The notes beneath the pieces were generated by a model. That model was not told where the DNA came from. It saw only the letters and a program-made list of their open reading frames with translations, and searched no databases. Below are positions 1 to 12,131 of a stretch of DNA of 64,000 bases, one piece after another; position 1 is the first letter of the stretch, and each line of letters opens with the position of its first letter. The translations under genes were made by a program, and so were the position numbers. Source of the DNA: Octopus vulgaris (taxonomy: Eukaryota); NCBI GenBank assembly GCA_951406725.2, contig OX597827.1:11718001-11782000 (forward strand), read 5' to 3'.

Positions 1-544
1 ATAATTATTATTATTATTATTATTATTATTATGAAGACAGCGATGACGACGATGATGATCATCATCATGATGCATCATCATCATCATCATCATCATCGTT
101 GTTTTTATTATTTCTGCTATTATTATTATGATTATATAGTTGTTTGTTTGACGTGGTCATCTATAGTTGAGTAGAACGAAGACACTTGAGATTTGCATGC
201 AAGCTTCCTTCCTTGACTGTCACACCGTATTCTACACAATCAATCTTCGTGACGATGACTGTACGGACGGTGAAGTGTGTTTTCAATTCAAATAATGGAA
301 TGAAAATATCTGAACACCAAACATTCAATTAACTACGTCCATGCCACAGCTCTTTGCCTGATTAGATGATTGATTTAGGTTAGGACAAAGACATGCTAAG
401 GAAGGCCGAAATGTCATGAATCTAGATGTTATGTCTCTGAAACCAGCAGAGTAACCACAGTTTATGTATTTACATTCATAATATATACAAACATACTTAG
501 AAATTTATCTATTTTATATTACATTACATATAAACATAATGTGT

Positions 545-567
545 ATTACATATATATATATATATAT

Positions 568-630
<63 letters not shown>

Positions 631-645
631 TATTATATTTATTAT

Positions 646-682
<37 letters not shown>

Positions 683-727
683 CATATACATATACATATA
701 TATTATATTTATTATACATAAACACAG

Positions 728-768
<41 letters not shown>

Positions 769-779
769 CATACACACAC

Positions 780-810
<31 letters not shown>

Positions 811-833
811 ATATTTATTATATATAAACACAG

Positions 834-890
<57 letters not shown>

Positions 891-919
891 TATATATATA
901 TATACATACACACACACAC

Positions 920-952
<33 letters not shown>

Positions 953-975
953 ATATTTATTATATATAAACACAG

Positions 976-1018
<43 letters not shown>

Positions 1019-1061
1019 CATACACACACACATATATATATATATACATACACACACACAC

Positions 1062-1092
<31 letters not shown>

Positions 1093-1114
1093 ATATTTAT
1101 TATACATAAACACA

Positions 1115-1158
<44 letters not shown>

Positions 1159-1197
1159 CATACACACACACATATATATATATATACATACACACAC

Positions 1198-1228
<31 letters not shown>

Positions 1229-1243
1229 ATATTTATTATACAT

Positions 1244-1277
<34 letters not shown>

Positions 1278-1372
1278 GGAGAGAGAGAGGGAGAGATAAA
1301 TTGATATATTTATACACAGACACATACGCACAAAACCACACACACACACACACACACTCACACACACACACA
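545..1372. repeat. Compound (TA)n/(CA)n microsatellite with higher-order tandem structure
   Basis: The anchor TATTATATTTATTATA recurs at ~631, 701, 807, 950, 1090 and 1225, usually followed by AAACACAGAC, separated by variable CA/TA tracts. Confidence 0.9.
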
Positions 1373-1910
1373 TTGTTTACAGGCAGCCTTTAACTTTTCT
1401 ATTCAAAGGCTTTAAAGCACAATATTTACATTTAATCATTTATAACTTTGTCTAGTTTTGGTTCCATAAGTGAAAAACTATTTATATTATGTACGTATGT
1501 TTGTATATATGTATGTACGTGTGTGTGTGTGAGTGTGTGTGTGTGAGTGTGTGTGTATGTGTGTGTATGTGTGTGTGTGTGTGCATGTGTGTGTGTGTGT
1601 GTATGTGTGTGTGTAGATATATTACATGTATGTTAAGAAGCAGTGTACGGTACCAGAATTTTCAACTGAAGTCAAAACTAACAAACAACTGAAAATTGTT
1701 GTTACAGAATATCTGCAAAAGTGGAGTCAAAACTGGGTGGTTTGTACTGGCATTAAGTCATATTATGTTTTGAAATGCCTTTACTGAGGAAGGTTTACGT
1801 AATGGATAGATTGCCTGTTATATATTACACAAACCTGAAACATCCATATTAAATGATTTCAAAATATTACTATTTGGTGTGACATCTTTATAGCAACTAT
1901 ATATCCATTT

Positions 1911-2190
1911 GTGGAGGCGCAATGGCCTAGTGGTTAGGGCAGTGGACTCGCAGTCATAGGATCGCGATTTCGATTCCCAGACCGGGCGTTGTGAGTGTTT
2001 ATTGAGCGAAAACACCTAAAAAGCTCCACGAGGCTCCAGCAGTGGGTGGTGATCCCTGCTGTACTCTTTCACCACACTTTCTCCCACTCTTTCTTCTGTT
2101 GGCCTGCTTGCTAAAACAATGCGAACTTATTGTGACCAGCGATGTGTAGCAACATCTGATAGCCTGGTCGGTCAGGGTGATCACGGTGAT
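1911..2190 (+). mobile_element. tRNA-derived SINE, family D head with alternative 3' body
   Basis: Head GGAGGCGCAATGGCCTAGTGGTTAGGGCAG...TTTCGATTCCC has A/B-box-like motifs and is shared with 47619-47997 and 62623-63006; the 3' part matches 46750-46897. Confidence 0.85.
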
Positions 2191-2405
2191 ATATACATAT
2201 ATTTGTGAAGGTGTGAGGAGAGCTATGTGAAGAAGTGCCACTCCCAAACAGTTGAAGGAATCCAGGGTAGAGGTAGACCCAAGAAGAAATAATCAAAGAG
2301 ATCTTGTGCAACTTTCAAAGGTGATATCCCTAGTGCTGTTGGCATGGAAAAAAACACCCACTACACCCTGTGAAGTCAGTTCTACTGTGATGTTTTGAAG
2401 TATTT

Positions 2406-2573
2406 AGGAGTGGGAATGTGTGGTAAGTAGCTTGCTAACCAACCACATGGTTCCGGGTTCAGTCTCATTGCGTGGCACCTTGAGCAAGTGTCTTCTACTA
2501 TAGCCTCGGGCTGACCAAAGCCTTGTGGGTGGATTTGGTAGACGGAAACTGAAAGAAGCCTGTTGTATATATG

Positions 2574-2634
<61 letters not shown>

Positions 2635-2845
2635 TTGTGTGTCTGTGTTTGTCCCCCTAGCATTGCTTGCTTGACAACCGATGCTGGTGTGTTTACGTCC
2701 CCGTCACTTAGCAGTTCGGCAAAAGAGACCGATAGAATAAGTACTGGGCTTACAAAGAATAAGTCCTGGGGTCGATTTGCTCGACTAATAAGGCGGTGCT
2801 CCAGCATGACCACAGTCAAATGACTGAAACGAGTAAAAGAGTAAA
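2406..2845 (+). mobile_element. tRNA-derived SINE, family A (internal TA/TG microsatellite, AAAAGAGT tail)
   Basis: Head GTGTGGTAAGTAGCTTGCT..GGTTCCGGGTTCAGT, a central microsatellite, and 3' end CAGCATG..CAGTCAAATGACTGAAAC-(AAGAGTAA)n; about 20 copies in the window. Confidence 0.9.
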
Positions 2846-2989
2846 GAGGATATTCGGCAAAAGCAACCGGATCTGTGGAGCACGAAGAATTGGATTCTTC
2901 ATGACAACAATGCAATCTGTCACCAAGCTCTGCTCACTCGTGAGTTTCTCACCGAAGACAACATGGTATCACTTCTGCATCTGTCCTAT

Positions 2990-3683
2990 ATACTTGTACT
3001 TGTGACAGCATTCACCTAGGGCAGGTTGAGCCGGCTTCTTCTCTGGTTCTGACGGCATCACGAACCATGACTGCCCACGCTCGACAGTCCTGTGCAAGGT
3101 CACTGGAGATAGCGAGCCATTCGCAGTTCCATCTGTGCAGACCGACCATCTGCAGACCTGAGAGTTCAGAGAGGTCCTCCTTTATCGATGTTGCCCAAGT
3201 TCAGAGAGGTCCTCCTTTATCGTTGTTGCCCAAGTTCGGAGAGGTCCTCCTTTATCGTCGTTGCCCAAGTTTGGAGAGGTCCTCCTTTATCGTCGTTGCC
3301 CAAGTTTGGAGAGGTCCTCCTTTATCGTCGTTGCCCAAGTTTGGAGAGGTCCTCCTTTATCGTCGTTGCCCAAGTTCGGAGAGGTCCTCCTTTATCGTTG
3401 TTGCCCAGGTCTTCAGCTGTCCGCCCGTGCATTTGTGCCAGTTGGGAAGTGGAGGTAGAAGGAGGACATCGCAAATCAGCTCACCCTCTGGACGCCAGGC
3501 AGCATGACCGAACCACCTTAAGTGCCGCCGTAGAAGCACTGAAGGGAGGGGCCGGAGATTCAGGCAATGACGAAGACTGGCTGTAGGAACACGATCGATG
3601 CATCGGCAGCGAAGAATGCGGCGGAGACAGTCATTGTTGAATACCTCCAGCCTTCTTCTATGAATCCTACTGCTACCATGGCA
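2990..3683 (-). mobile_element. 5'-truncated RTE-clade LINE with 11-bp target-site duplication
   Basis: Encodes RRRLEVFNNDCLRRILR..LRWFGHAAWRPEG..GGQLKTWATTIKEDL, typical of the RTE C-terminal region; (CAAGTA)2 tail; TSD ATCTGTCCTAT at 2979-2989 and 3684-3694. Confidence 0.85.
3162..3407. repeat. 35-bp minisatellite, 7 copies, inside the RTE LINE
   Basis: GAGGTCCTCC starts at 3171, 3206, 3241, 3276, 3311, 3346 and 3381 (period 35). Confidence 0.95.
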
Positions 3684-4049
3684 ATCTGTCCTATTCACCA
3701 GATTTAACATCTGCGGACTTCCATCTCTTTGCCAAGATGAAAATGCAGCTCGGCAGCTCAAAGGTTGCTGCTTTAACACTGTTGGGGAGATCCAGAGCAA
3801 AGCACAGAAGGTCTTCAAGGCCGGATCTGACTTCCAGACCGGATCCAAAAGTGACAAGAATGCTGGGACAGTGTATTGCTGCACAAGGTGACTATTTCAA
3901 AAGAGATGATGTTTAAGCCTATGCAAATGATTATTAATTATGTTAAAGCTTATGCAAATAATTAAGCATAACTAGTCCGGAAACTTTTTGATACTATCTT
4001 GCAAACGAACCAATGCTCCAGTTTGGTCTTGGTCACAATGGCTAAAATA

Positions 4050-4373
4050 ATCGTGCCGGTGGCACGTAAAAAGCACCATCTGATCGTGGCCATTTGCCAG
4101 CCTCGTCTGGCCCCTGTGCCAGTGGCACGTAAAAAGCACCATCTGATCGTGGCCGTTTGCCAGCCTCGTCTGGCACTTGTGTCGGTGGCACGTAAAAAGC
4201 ACCCACTACACTGATGGAGTGGTTGGCGTTAGGAAGGGCATCCAGCCATAGAAACACTGCCAGATCAGACTGGGCCGGGTGCAGCCTCCTGGCTTCCCGG
4301 ACCCCGGTCAAACTGTCCAACCCATGCTAGCATGGAAAGCGGTCGTTAAATGATGATGATGATGATGATGATG
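4050..4373 (+). mobile_element. SINE family C 3' part with (GAT)n tail and internal ~60-bp tandem repeats
   Basis: GGCACGTAAAAAGCACC x3, GGTTGGCGTTAGGAAGGGCATCCAGC, CCCATGCTAGCATGGAAAGCGG and a (GAT)n tail; about 10 copies in the window. Confidence 0.85.
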
Positions 4374-5471
4374 AACTAGTAACATCTTATCTCACACACA
4401 GATATAAACAACATCAATATTATATAAAGCCGGTTACCTTAAAGCTTAGTTTTATTTTGTCATGAGTCATATAAAAACACTGGTGAATTTTGATTACTTG
4501 AGTAAATAAGTAATTTGTATTCCACCATTGGTTTGCTTTTTTTTCTTTATTTTTTTAATATTAAACTTGCATGTCAAAATTTGTGATCAGAAGACAGAAC
4601 AAACCCACCATCACAGTACACCTGTAAATAAACAATGTGAGGAGACATTCGTGTGTGAGACAGTTTTATTTATGTATCTTATTTATTCGTTTATCTATTT
4701 TATTTATTTATGTAATTTTATTTATTTATGTTTTTTTTTCGTTTTGTTTTTTTGTTTTTTTTTTCTCCATCAATGACAGTTCTCTATTCTGGGGGAAATT
4801 GATAAATACTATTTTCTGAATTTGATTAAGCCTGAAGGGAAATTGTCACGACAAACAAGGCTCATGAAAAACGCAGCAGGAGAGAGGGCAGAGAGGGAGA
4901 AAGAGAAAGAGAGAGAGAAAGTCAAATAGAGAGAGAGGAAGAGAAAGGGAGAGAGACAGAAGAGAAGGAGGAGAATGAGATAAATCTCATGCAGTGAGAA
5001 AGAAAATTTAAATAAGAACTCTAGAAAATGTCTTATTAATTAGATAAAAATCTTCTTTTAGGTTTTATGTTTTCAGAATTAAAACTTGTAATGAGTTTTA
5101 TTTTGATGAGTTAAATTTTATCTATCTTGCTCGTGCGTAAATTTAACTTTGTACCGTCATGTAGCTTAGATATCATTTATTAATTAAATTTCCCAAGCCA
5201 GAATTTCATTAGACATTAACAACTCTCCTCCCACCAGCACGAAATCTTTACAATTAGACACGACTCAAACTCAGTTGTAAAAGACCAAGTGTAAATCATA
5301 ATAAGCAACCTATTCATTAGTCTTGTGGTGCTCAGTAGAATTTTTTAAATTCATGATTTAACATATTCTGTTATTCTTATAGAATGGACGATAACCGATG
5401 TAGTCTCTAGAGTCCAAGAAAGATGGTTGTGAAAATTCTTGCTGAACGGCCTTCATACAAAATTTGTCTAT

Positions 5472-6100
5472 AGGTGCAGGTGTGGCTGTGTGGTAAGAAG
5501 TTTGCTTCCCAACCATATGGTTCCGAGTTCAGTCCCATTGTGTGAAACCTTGGGAAAGTGTCTTCTACTATAGCCATGGGCTGACTAAATCCCTGTGAGT
5601 GGATTTGGTAGGCAGAAAATGAAAGAAGCCCATCGTATGTATGTATATATATATATCTTTTACTCTTTTACTTGTTTCAGTCATTTGACTGTGGCCATGC
5701 TGGAGCACCGCTTTTAGTCGAGCAAATCGACCCAGGACTTATTTTTTGTAAGCCTAGTACTTATTCTATCGGTCTCTCTTGCCGATAAGTTATGGCACCT
5801 TGGGCAAGTGTCTTCTACTTTAGACTCGGGCCGACCAAAGCCTTGTGAGTGGATTTGGAAGACGGAAACTGACAGAAGCCCGTCGTATATATGTATATAT
5901 ATATGTATGTGTGTGTTTGTGTTTCTCCCCCTAGCATTGCTTGACAACTGATGCTGGTGTGTTTATGTCCCTGTCACTTAGTGGTTCGGCAAAAGAGACT
6001 GATAGAATAAGTACTGGGCTTACAAAGAATAAGTCCCGGGGTCAAGTTGCTCGATTAAAGGTGGTGCTCCAGCATGGCCACAGTCAAATGACTGAAACAA
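5472..6100. mobile_element. Rearranged family A SINE complex (+ 5' half, inverted 3' part, + 5'-truncated copy)
   Basis: Plus-strand head at 5472-5636; minus-strand 3' part at 5657-5786; plus-strand copy from GGCACCTTGGG (5794) to ~6100. Confidence 0.8.
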
Positions 6101-7261
6101 TTAGAAAAAAAAACAAAAAAACAAGATGCTCATAGCTGGAATGGTGTTTTGATCATAAATCTGCTTGATCAAAATTGACCTAGGGTTAAACAAACAAGCA
6201 AACAGTAACCAGAACTCTTGAGTAATGAGTTCTGCCAAGTTGTTTTGTTCCAGTAACAAACTATACGAAGATGAAGTCTTTGGTGGTGCCCCAGCAACCT
6301 AATACATTACAAGAGGCAGTGCCGTTCGTAATAAGTTTAAGATCTATAATTTAAGAACTAGATATTGTCAGTGATACAAATACATGTTCTGGAATAGTTG
6401 CTGATGTTTTATCGTCATTCGCTAGGAATGAAAAGCAAGAAAAAGAAAAAAAACTGGCAAACATTAAATTTGTTTACAACTGATCTTTCCTTAAGCATTG
6501 CTGAATTTCAATGAATGATAACCAAATTATCATTGATTTATGGTGAATAGTGGAATTCGGACTAAGTATAATTTAATAAGAAAAGACGATATTTTAATGG
6601 TGACCAGCATTGCAGACTGAGTTAAGTAAAATGACAAATTGTAAGCTCTCAATACGAAGTCAGGGGAGATATTCAGTCAATCATTTAATAACAGTTCAAT
6701 AACATTTCTTTCTTCCATAATGCTCTCTCTCTATCTTTCTTTTTCTCTTATTCTTCTCCTCTTTCTCTCTCTCTCTAGGTGTCTATGTGTGTGTGTGTGC
6801 ATGTTTGTGAATTTGTGAGTAGATGTATTTGTGTGTATATATTACATATGTGTGAGTATGCACGTATATACATATGCATATATATATATTACATAGGTGT
6901 GAGTGTGTGTGCATATATATGTAAATATATTACATATGCATGAGTGTGTATGTATATATGTATACATATATGTATAAGCACATACTACATATATATATAT
7001 CCATCATCTACATATAACTATATGTATGCATGTATGAATACATGCTCGCATGTATGTATACATGTATATACGTACACACACACGCATATACACACACAAA
7101 CATGCAGAGAATGGGAGGGAAAGAGAGAGAGAGAGGGAGAGAGAGAGAGAGACTGAGAAAGGTATTCATTTGCAGAAATGAAAGAAATGAGCACTAAATA
7201 TATTACCGAGTAACCGTTGGTTTTGCATTCTATTATTGCTTGAAGTTTCACACTTGTAAAA

Positions 7262-7313
<52 letters not shown>

Positions 7314-7904
7314 ATGAATCCGGCAATATTTAGTGAATGAGGGTAGATGATAGCCTGTCTATGGAGCTCTAGCTAGGCTGATTCTTATAGGCTAATGTGA
7401 GTCATATGAGCACAAATATTACAAGCTGAAAAGGGCTGGGATAGGAATATTGTGATGCAATGTAGGTTACCCAGTCCAGCCTCTGGCTGTCAAGGACAGA
7501 TACTATAAATAAACAGAAAGTATATATTATAATTTGTGAAGAAATAAGCTTCATCATCTGTCTTTTTTTTTATGATGATTCTTCTTGAGATAAAAATGTC
7601 CATGGCTTTATCTTTACTTACAGTTGCTGTCACTTGAATGCACACCTAGATATCTTTTTTTATCTTAAAAGTTTACTGACTAGGGAAATAAAAGGGTTTT
7701 TCTTTTTTTTTGCTTCAACAGCATCTAACCTTTATTTTATATGGTCTATGCAGTATATCCTATCTTTCAATTTTACTAGCATGGAATTATTATCAGAAGT
7801 GTTTTGATGTATTAAGGTTGTGTCATATGCCACAACCTTATGTCTGTCAAAATACGATCAAAAATGTTGGTATCTCTTGTTTTGTCTATCTATAAGTTGT
7901 CTGA

Positions 7905-8124
7905 GGTGGCGAGCTGGCAGAAACGTTAGCACGCCGGGTGAAATGCGTAGCCGTATTTCGTCTGCCATTACGTTCTGAGTTCAAATTCCGCCGAAGTCGA
8001 CTTTACCTTTCATCGTTTCGGGGTCGATAAATTAAGTACCAGTTACACACTGGGTTGATGTAATCGTTTGTCTGTCCTTGTTTGTCCCCTCTGTGTTTAG
8101 CCCCTTGTGGGTAGTAAAGAAATA
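7905..8124 (+). mobile_element. SINE family B monomer
   Basis: GGTGGCGAGCTGGCAGAAACGTTAGC..GAGTTCAAATTCC..GTAAAGAAATA; TSD TATAAGTTGTCT at 7891-7902 and 8125-8136. Confidence 0.9.
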
Positions 8125-8432
8125 TATAAGTTGTCTTATGTCAAGGCCATCATAAGTTGTTCTATCTGAAAGTCAGAAATATCAGTTGTTAATCTACCAA
8201 GCTAGATAAGGGGATAAGCGAGCAGATTTGGAATCAGATTAAACAAAATACTTAGTGACATTTCTTCCACCTTTATGTTCTGTGTTCAAATGCTGCTGTA
8301 GTAGATTTTACCTATCCCATTTATGGATTTGATAAAATACATATCAGTTGAGTACTGTGGTCAATAGAAATGACTTATCCTCCCCACTGAAATTGCTGGT
8401 CTTGAGCCAAAATCTGAAACCAATTTACCAAG

Positions 8433-9049
8433 CTAGACCGGAAAGACTTCTGCCCATCCCCCCACCATTTTTCTCCCAAATATGTTTATTTTTGCAATTT
8501 TTTTGCCAAAAATCCCTGTTTTCAGATATGGTGGTACCGGAAAATTGCCAAAAATTGGCATTGTGAAATTTGTTCCTCCCCTTTCCCTCCAACTTCTTCA
8601 ATTTTGACTTTTTCCCCAAACACTAACCCTAAAACCCTAACCCTAACTCTTGCCCTAAAACCCTAAAACCCTAACCCTAATCCTAAAACCTTAACCATAA
8701 GTACAGAAATGTTTTGAAATTTTTGTCCGAAACATGATGTCTGTATTTATTTGCATATTTATAAAAAAAAATTCTTAAAAAAAAATTTTACAAAGAATTT
8801 TGGAAATTTTTTTCAGAATCATAATCTCTGTATTTTTCCGCCTATTTTGAAAAAAAAAATTGTGAAAAAAGTTAAAAATGAAGGAAATGGGGGTGGGTAG
8901 GTGGTAATTTAGAAATGTTGATTTTTGCCAATTGTTTTGCTGATTTCTATTCCCCGTAGCTGAAAAGGTTGGTTTGTGTTGAAAAAAAAAAATTTTTTTA
9001 AAGGGTGCTTTTTTTGTTGAGGGGTGACGGGTGGAAGTCTTGCCACTAG
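8433..9049. mobile_element. Non-autonomous TIR element with internal telomere-like (CCCTAA)n tract
   Basis: Ends CTAGACCGGAAAGACTTCTGCCCATCCCCC and GGGGTGACGGGTGGAAGTCTTGCCACTAG are imperfect inverted repeats; CCCTAA(AA) units run from 8623 to 8698. Confidence 0.65.
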
Positions 9050-9699
9050 ACATGACTAAGTGAAAAATCTCTTACAAAGTTTCTGCAGCAAATTGACTCA
9101 TCTTTGTAAAACTGTTTAAGTCAAGATAGTCCAGTAATTTCATATCAGTGTTGGATGGTCAGTACAACACCAGCATAAGTGAGCCATATAAGTTCCAGAA
9201 GTTTTCACTGGAAATATGATGTATGGCAATATCATTTGTGCTATATGCACTCCAGGTAGAATATCCTGAGAACATTATGCAGTCAGCCATCAATGGAATT
9301 CCTGAATTCCACATGACTCCACAGCAACACATAGGTTGTCATGTTTACCTTTGTTGAATCTAATACCACAAATGACAATTTGTATGATAGACAGACCAAT
9401 GTTACATACAGTTTTTGCATTATGGAGAGAAATGACCCCGAGTGACAGGCATGATCTGCCTTTATGTTTTCCAGGTACATTAGCAAAGGTGAACTACTTC
9501 CGTGTTTATACTTTTGCGCAAATGTTTTGTTCTCTTCTTCCATTTCATTCGTTGACAAAACCTCAATGCTGTTCTTCGTACGATTGATATACAGTTTGTG
9601 ATTTCCTTTTCATTTTGTAACTTTCTCACACACACATACACACACACATGTATATACAAATATGTGTGTGGATATATATATACATACATACATATATAT

Positions 9700-10112
9700 A
9701 CTCTTTTACTCTTTTACTCTTTTACTTGTTTCAGTCATTTGACTGCGGCCATGCTGGAGCACTGCCTTTAGTCGAGCAAATCGACCCCAGGACTTATTCT
9801 TTGTAAGCCCGGTACTTATTCTATCGGTCTCTTTTGCCGAACCGCTAAGTGACGGGGACGTAAACACACCAGCATCGGTTGTCAAGCAATGCTAGGGGGA
9901 CAAACACAGACACACAAACATATACACACACTTATATATATATATATATACATATATATGACAAGCTTCTTTCAGTTTCCGTCTACTAAATCCAATCACA
10001 AGGCATTGGTCGGCCCGGGGCTATAGCAGAAGACACTTGCCCAAGATGCCAGGCAGTGGGACTGAACCCAGAACCATGTGGTTGGTTAGCAAGCTACTTA
10101 CCACACAGCCAC
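9700..10112 (-). mobile_element. SINE family A
   Basis: Reverse complement of the family A consensus with a (CTCTTTTA)3 tail. Confidence 0.9.
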
Positions 10113-10323
10113 ATATATATACACAATATGTGTATATATATATATATATACACACACACATATTGACACACATATATATATATATAGTTCAGTAGTTCAG
10201 TTCTATATTTAAGAGATGAGGAATTATGTACATTATTTACATTATTTACATTTGACCGATATTTGTCTTCATCTTGTTTGTTGTTAACACAACGTTTTGG
10301 CTGATATACTCTCCAGCCTTCAT

Positions 10324-10777
10324 CAAGGATATCCAGAGGTAATGCAGTACGATCGTTTCCTGCAACCCCATTTAATTGAACAATGCAATCATTACATCAA
10401 TTTAAAATGTAGAGCAATTTTCAGCTGCACAAAGACGTAGAAAGTAATTAAATTAGATCAGAGGGACACATTAGTATAATTTTACCTAAAATCTCCTTAA
10501 CTTCTTGGTGATTTTAGCTATAATTATACTAATGTGCCCATCTGTTCTAATTTAATTAAATTCTATGTCATTGTGCAACTGAAGATTGCTCAACATTTTA
10601 AATTGATGTAATGATTGCATTGTTCAATTAAATAGAGTTGCATGAAACGATCGTACTGCATTACCTCTGGATATACTTGTTACTTATTTTGATTTTAATC
10701 ACCTTACTTTGAAATTGTATGGATAACACTGTACTAAATTCCAGTGCCTCAACTTAAGAACCATATTCATCTGAATC
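10324..10777. mobile_element. Penelope-like pseudo-LTR fragment with ~355-bp imperfect palindrome
   Basis: 10324-10500 is the inverted copy of 10503-10679; each arm has a hammerhead motif; the element ends in (TA)n. Confidence 0.7.
10574..10660 (+). ncRNA. Type I hammerhead ribozyme motif (long stem II)
   Basis: tgcaa-CTGAAGA-58 nt (ttgc...gcat)-GAAAC-gatc-GTA-ctgca. The inverted copy at 10343-10429 has a perfect tgcag/ctgca stem I but a CTGAAAA core. Confidence 0.7.
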
Positions 10778-10833
<56 letters not shown>

Positions 10834-10979
10834 CATGTAATATATAATTTTTAATTTTTAATGCTTAATTGTATTGCTTATTTTTAAAGGGATGTAAAAT
10901 TAGATATATAATATTTTGAAATAGAACTTGAAGAGATGCTGGAATAATTGTAAAGCTGATGATTGCATATATGTATTTT

Positions 10980-11233
10980 CCATGCCAGTGGCACGTTAAA
11001 AGCACCAACCGATCGTGGCCGATGCCAGACCCCCCTGGCACCTGTGCAGGTGGCACGTAAAAAGCACCCACTGCACTCGCGGAGTGGTTGGCGTTAGGAA
11101 GGGCATCCAGCTGTAGAAAAACTGCCAGATCAGACTGGAGCCTGGTGCAGCCCCTGGCTTCCCAGACCCCAGTCGAACCGACCAACCCGTGCTAGCGTGG
11201 AAAACGGACGTTAAACGATGATGATGATGATGA
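10980..11233 (+). mobile_element. SINE family C
   Basis: Same motifs and (GAT)n tail as 4050-4373. Confidence 0.85.
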
Positions 11234-11653
11234 TATATAGGTATACAGTTGTGTATATGTATATATATATTGTAATCTTCCAATACTGAAACACGTGTAG
11301 TTCCTTCACATTTGTTAAATATAAGTATTAACTAAATTATGATATAATTAATGAAGTACATTATATAGCTGGTAATTTAGGTCATATCCTTTAAGTGTTA
11401 TTTTGTGATGTGCGAACTGATACCATGAGTTTACTGTCAGATATACTCATTGGGTTATTTTTGTATGATCTGAAATAGAATACCCATATATCGATTAATC
11501 CCCCAAAATTTGAATACTAACTTTTATCAGATACTTTGAATATTTATAGATAAATACATAAATATACGATAAATAAGATCCCAGAGTACGGTATGTAGAT
11601 GCATATAATGCTGTAGGGTTACACCTGATTGATTTGGAAATTTGTTTTCCAAG

Positions 11654-11714
<61 letters not shown>

Positions 11715-11731
11715 TATAGATATATATATGC

Positions 11732-11765
<34 letters not shown>

Positions 11766-11829
11766 ATGTGTGTGTATATATGTATATATATATGTGTGTG
11801 TGTGTTGTGTATATATATATATATATATA

Positions 11830-11860
<31 letters not shown>

Positions 11861-11867
11861 GCATATA

Positions 11868-11912
<45 letters not shown>

Positions 11913-12079
11913 GCATACATATATATATATATGTATATACATATCTATATATGTGTGTGTTGTGTATGTATGTATATTTGCTTGACTAAAGGTTTTGCTC
12001 CAGCATGGCCACAGTCAAATGACTGAAACAAGTAAAAGAGTAAAAGAGAGTAAAAAGAAACTATGTATATATATATATA

Positions 12080-12131
<52 letters not shown>

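Larger units (their letters stand above)
2378..4001 (+). mobile_element. Mariner transposon 3' remnant interrupted by a SINE and an RTE LINE
   Basis: Pieces translate as FYCDVLK..EDIRQKQPDLWSTKNWILHDNNA..LLTREFL..NMVSL (2378-2989) and YSPDLTSADF..KMKMQL..CWDSVLLHK/CIAAQGDYF (3684-3915); a TIR-like GTCCGGAAACTTTTTGATACTATCTTG lies at ~3975-4001. Confidence 0.8.

Noticed and set aside
130-470. Unique sequence with minus-strand acceptor CTGGTTTCAG|AGA at 436 as a possible last protocadherin exon
   Set aside because: In phase 0 it gives only RHNI-stop and no protocadherin tail motif is visible; it cannot be supported without transcripts.
524-1371. Many 60-230 aa ORFs rich in YI, HT, CV and MYV repeats, here and throughout the window
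   Set aside because: They are translations of TA, CA, TG and TATG microsatellites, which lack stop codons.
3162-3407. 35-bp repeats resembling a CRISPR array
   Set aside because: The units are contiguous with no unique spacers, derive from LINE coding sequence, and the DNA is eukaryotic with no cas genes.
8623-8698. Telomere or chromosome-fusion scar
   Set aside because: Short, irregular, single orientation and enclosed within a TIR-bounded element.
9283-9587. Short ORFs and a plus-strand acceptor (TTTATGTTTTCCAG|G) in unique sequence
   Set aside because: No recognisable protein similarity and no consistent partner exons.
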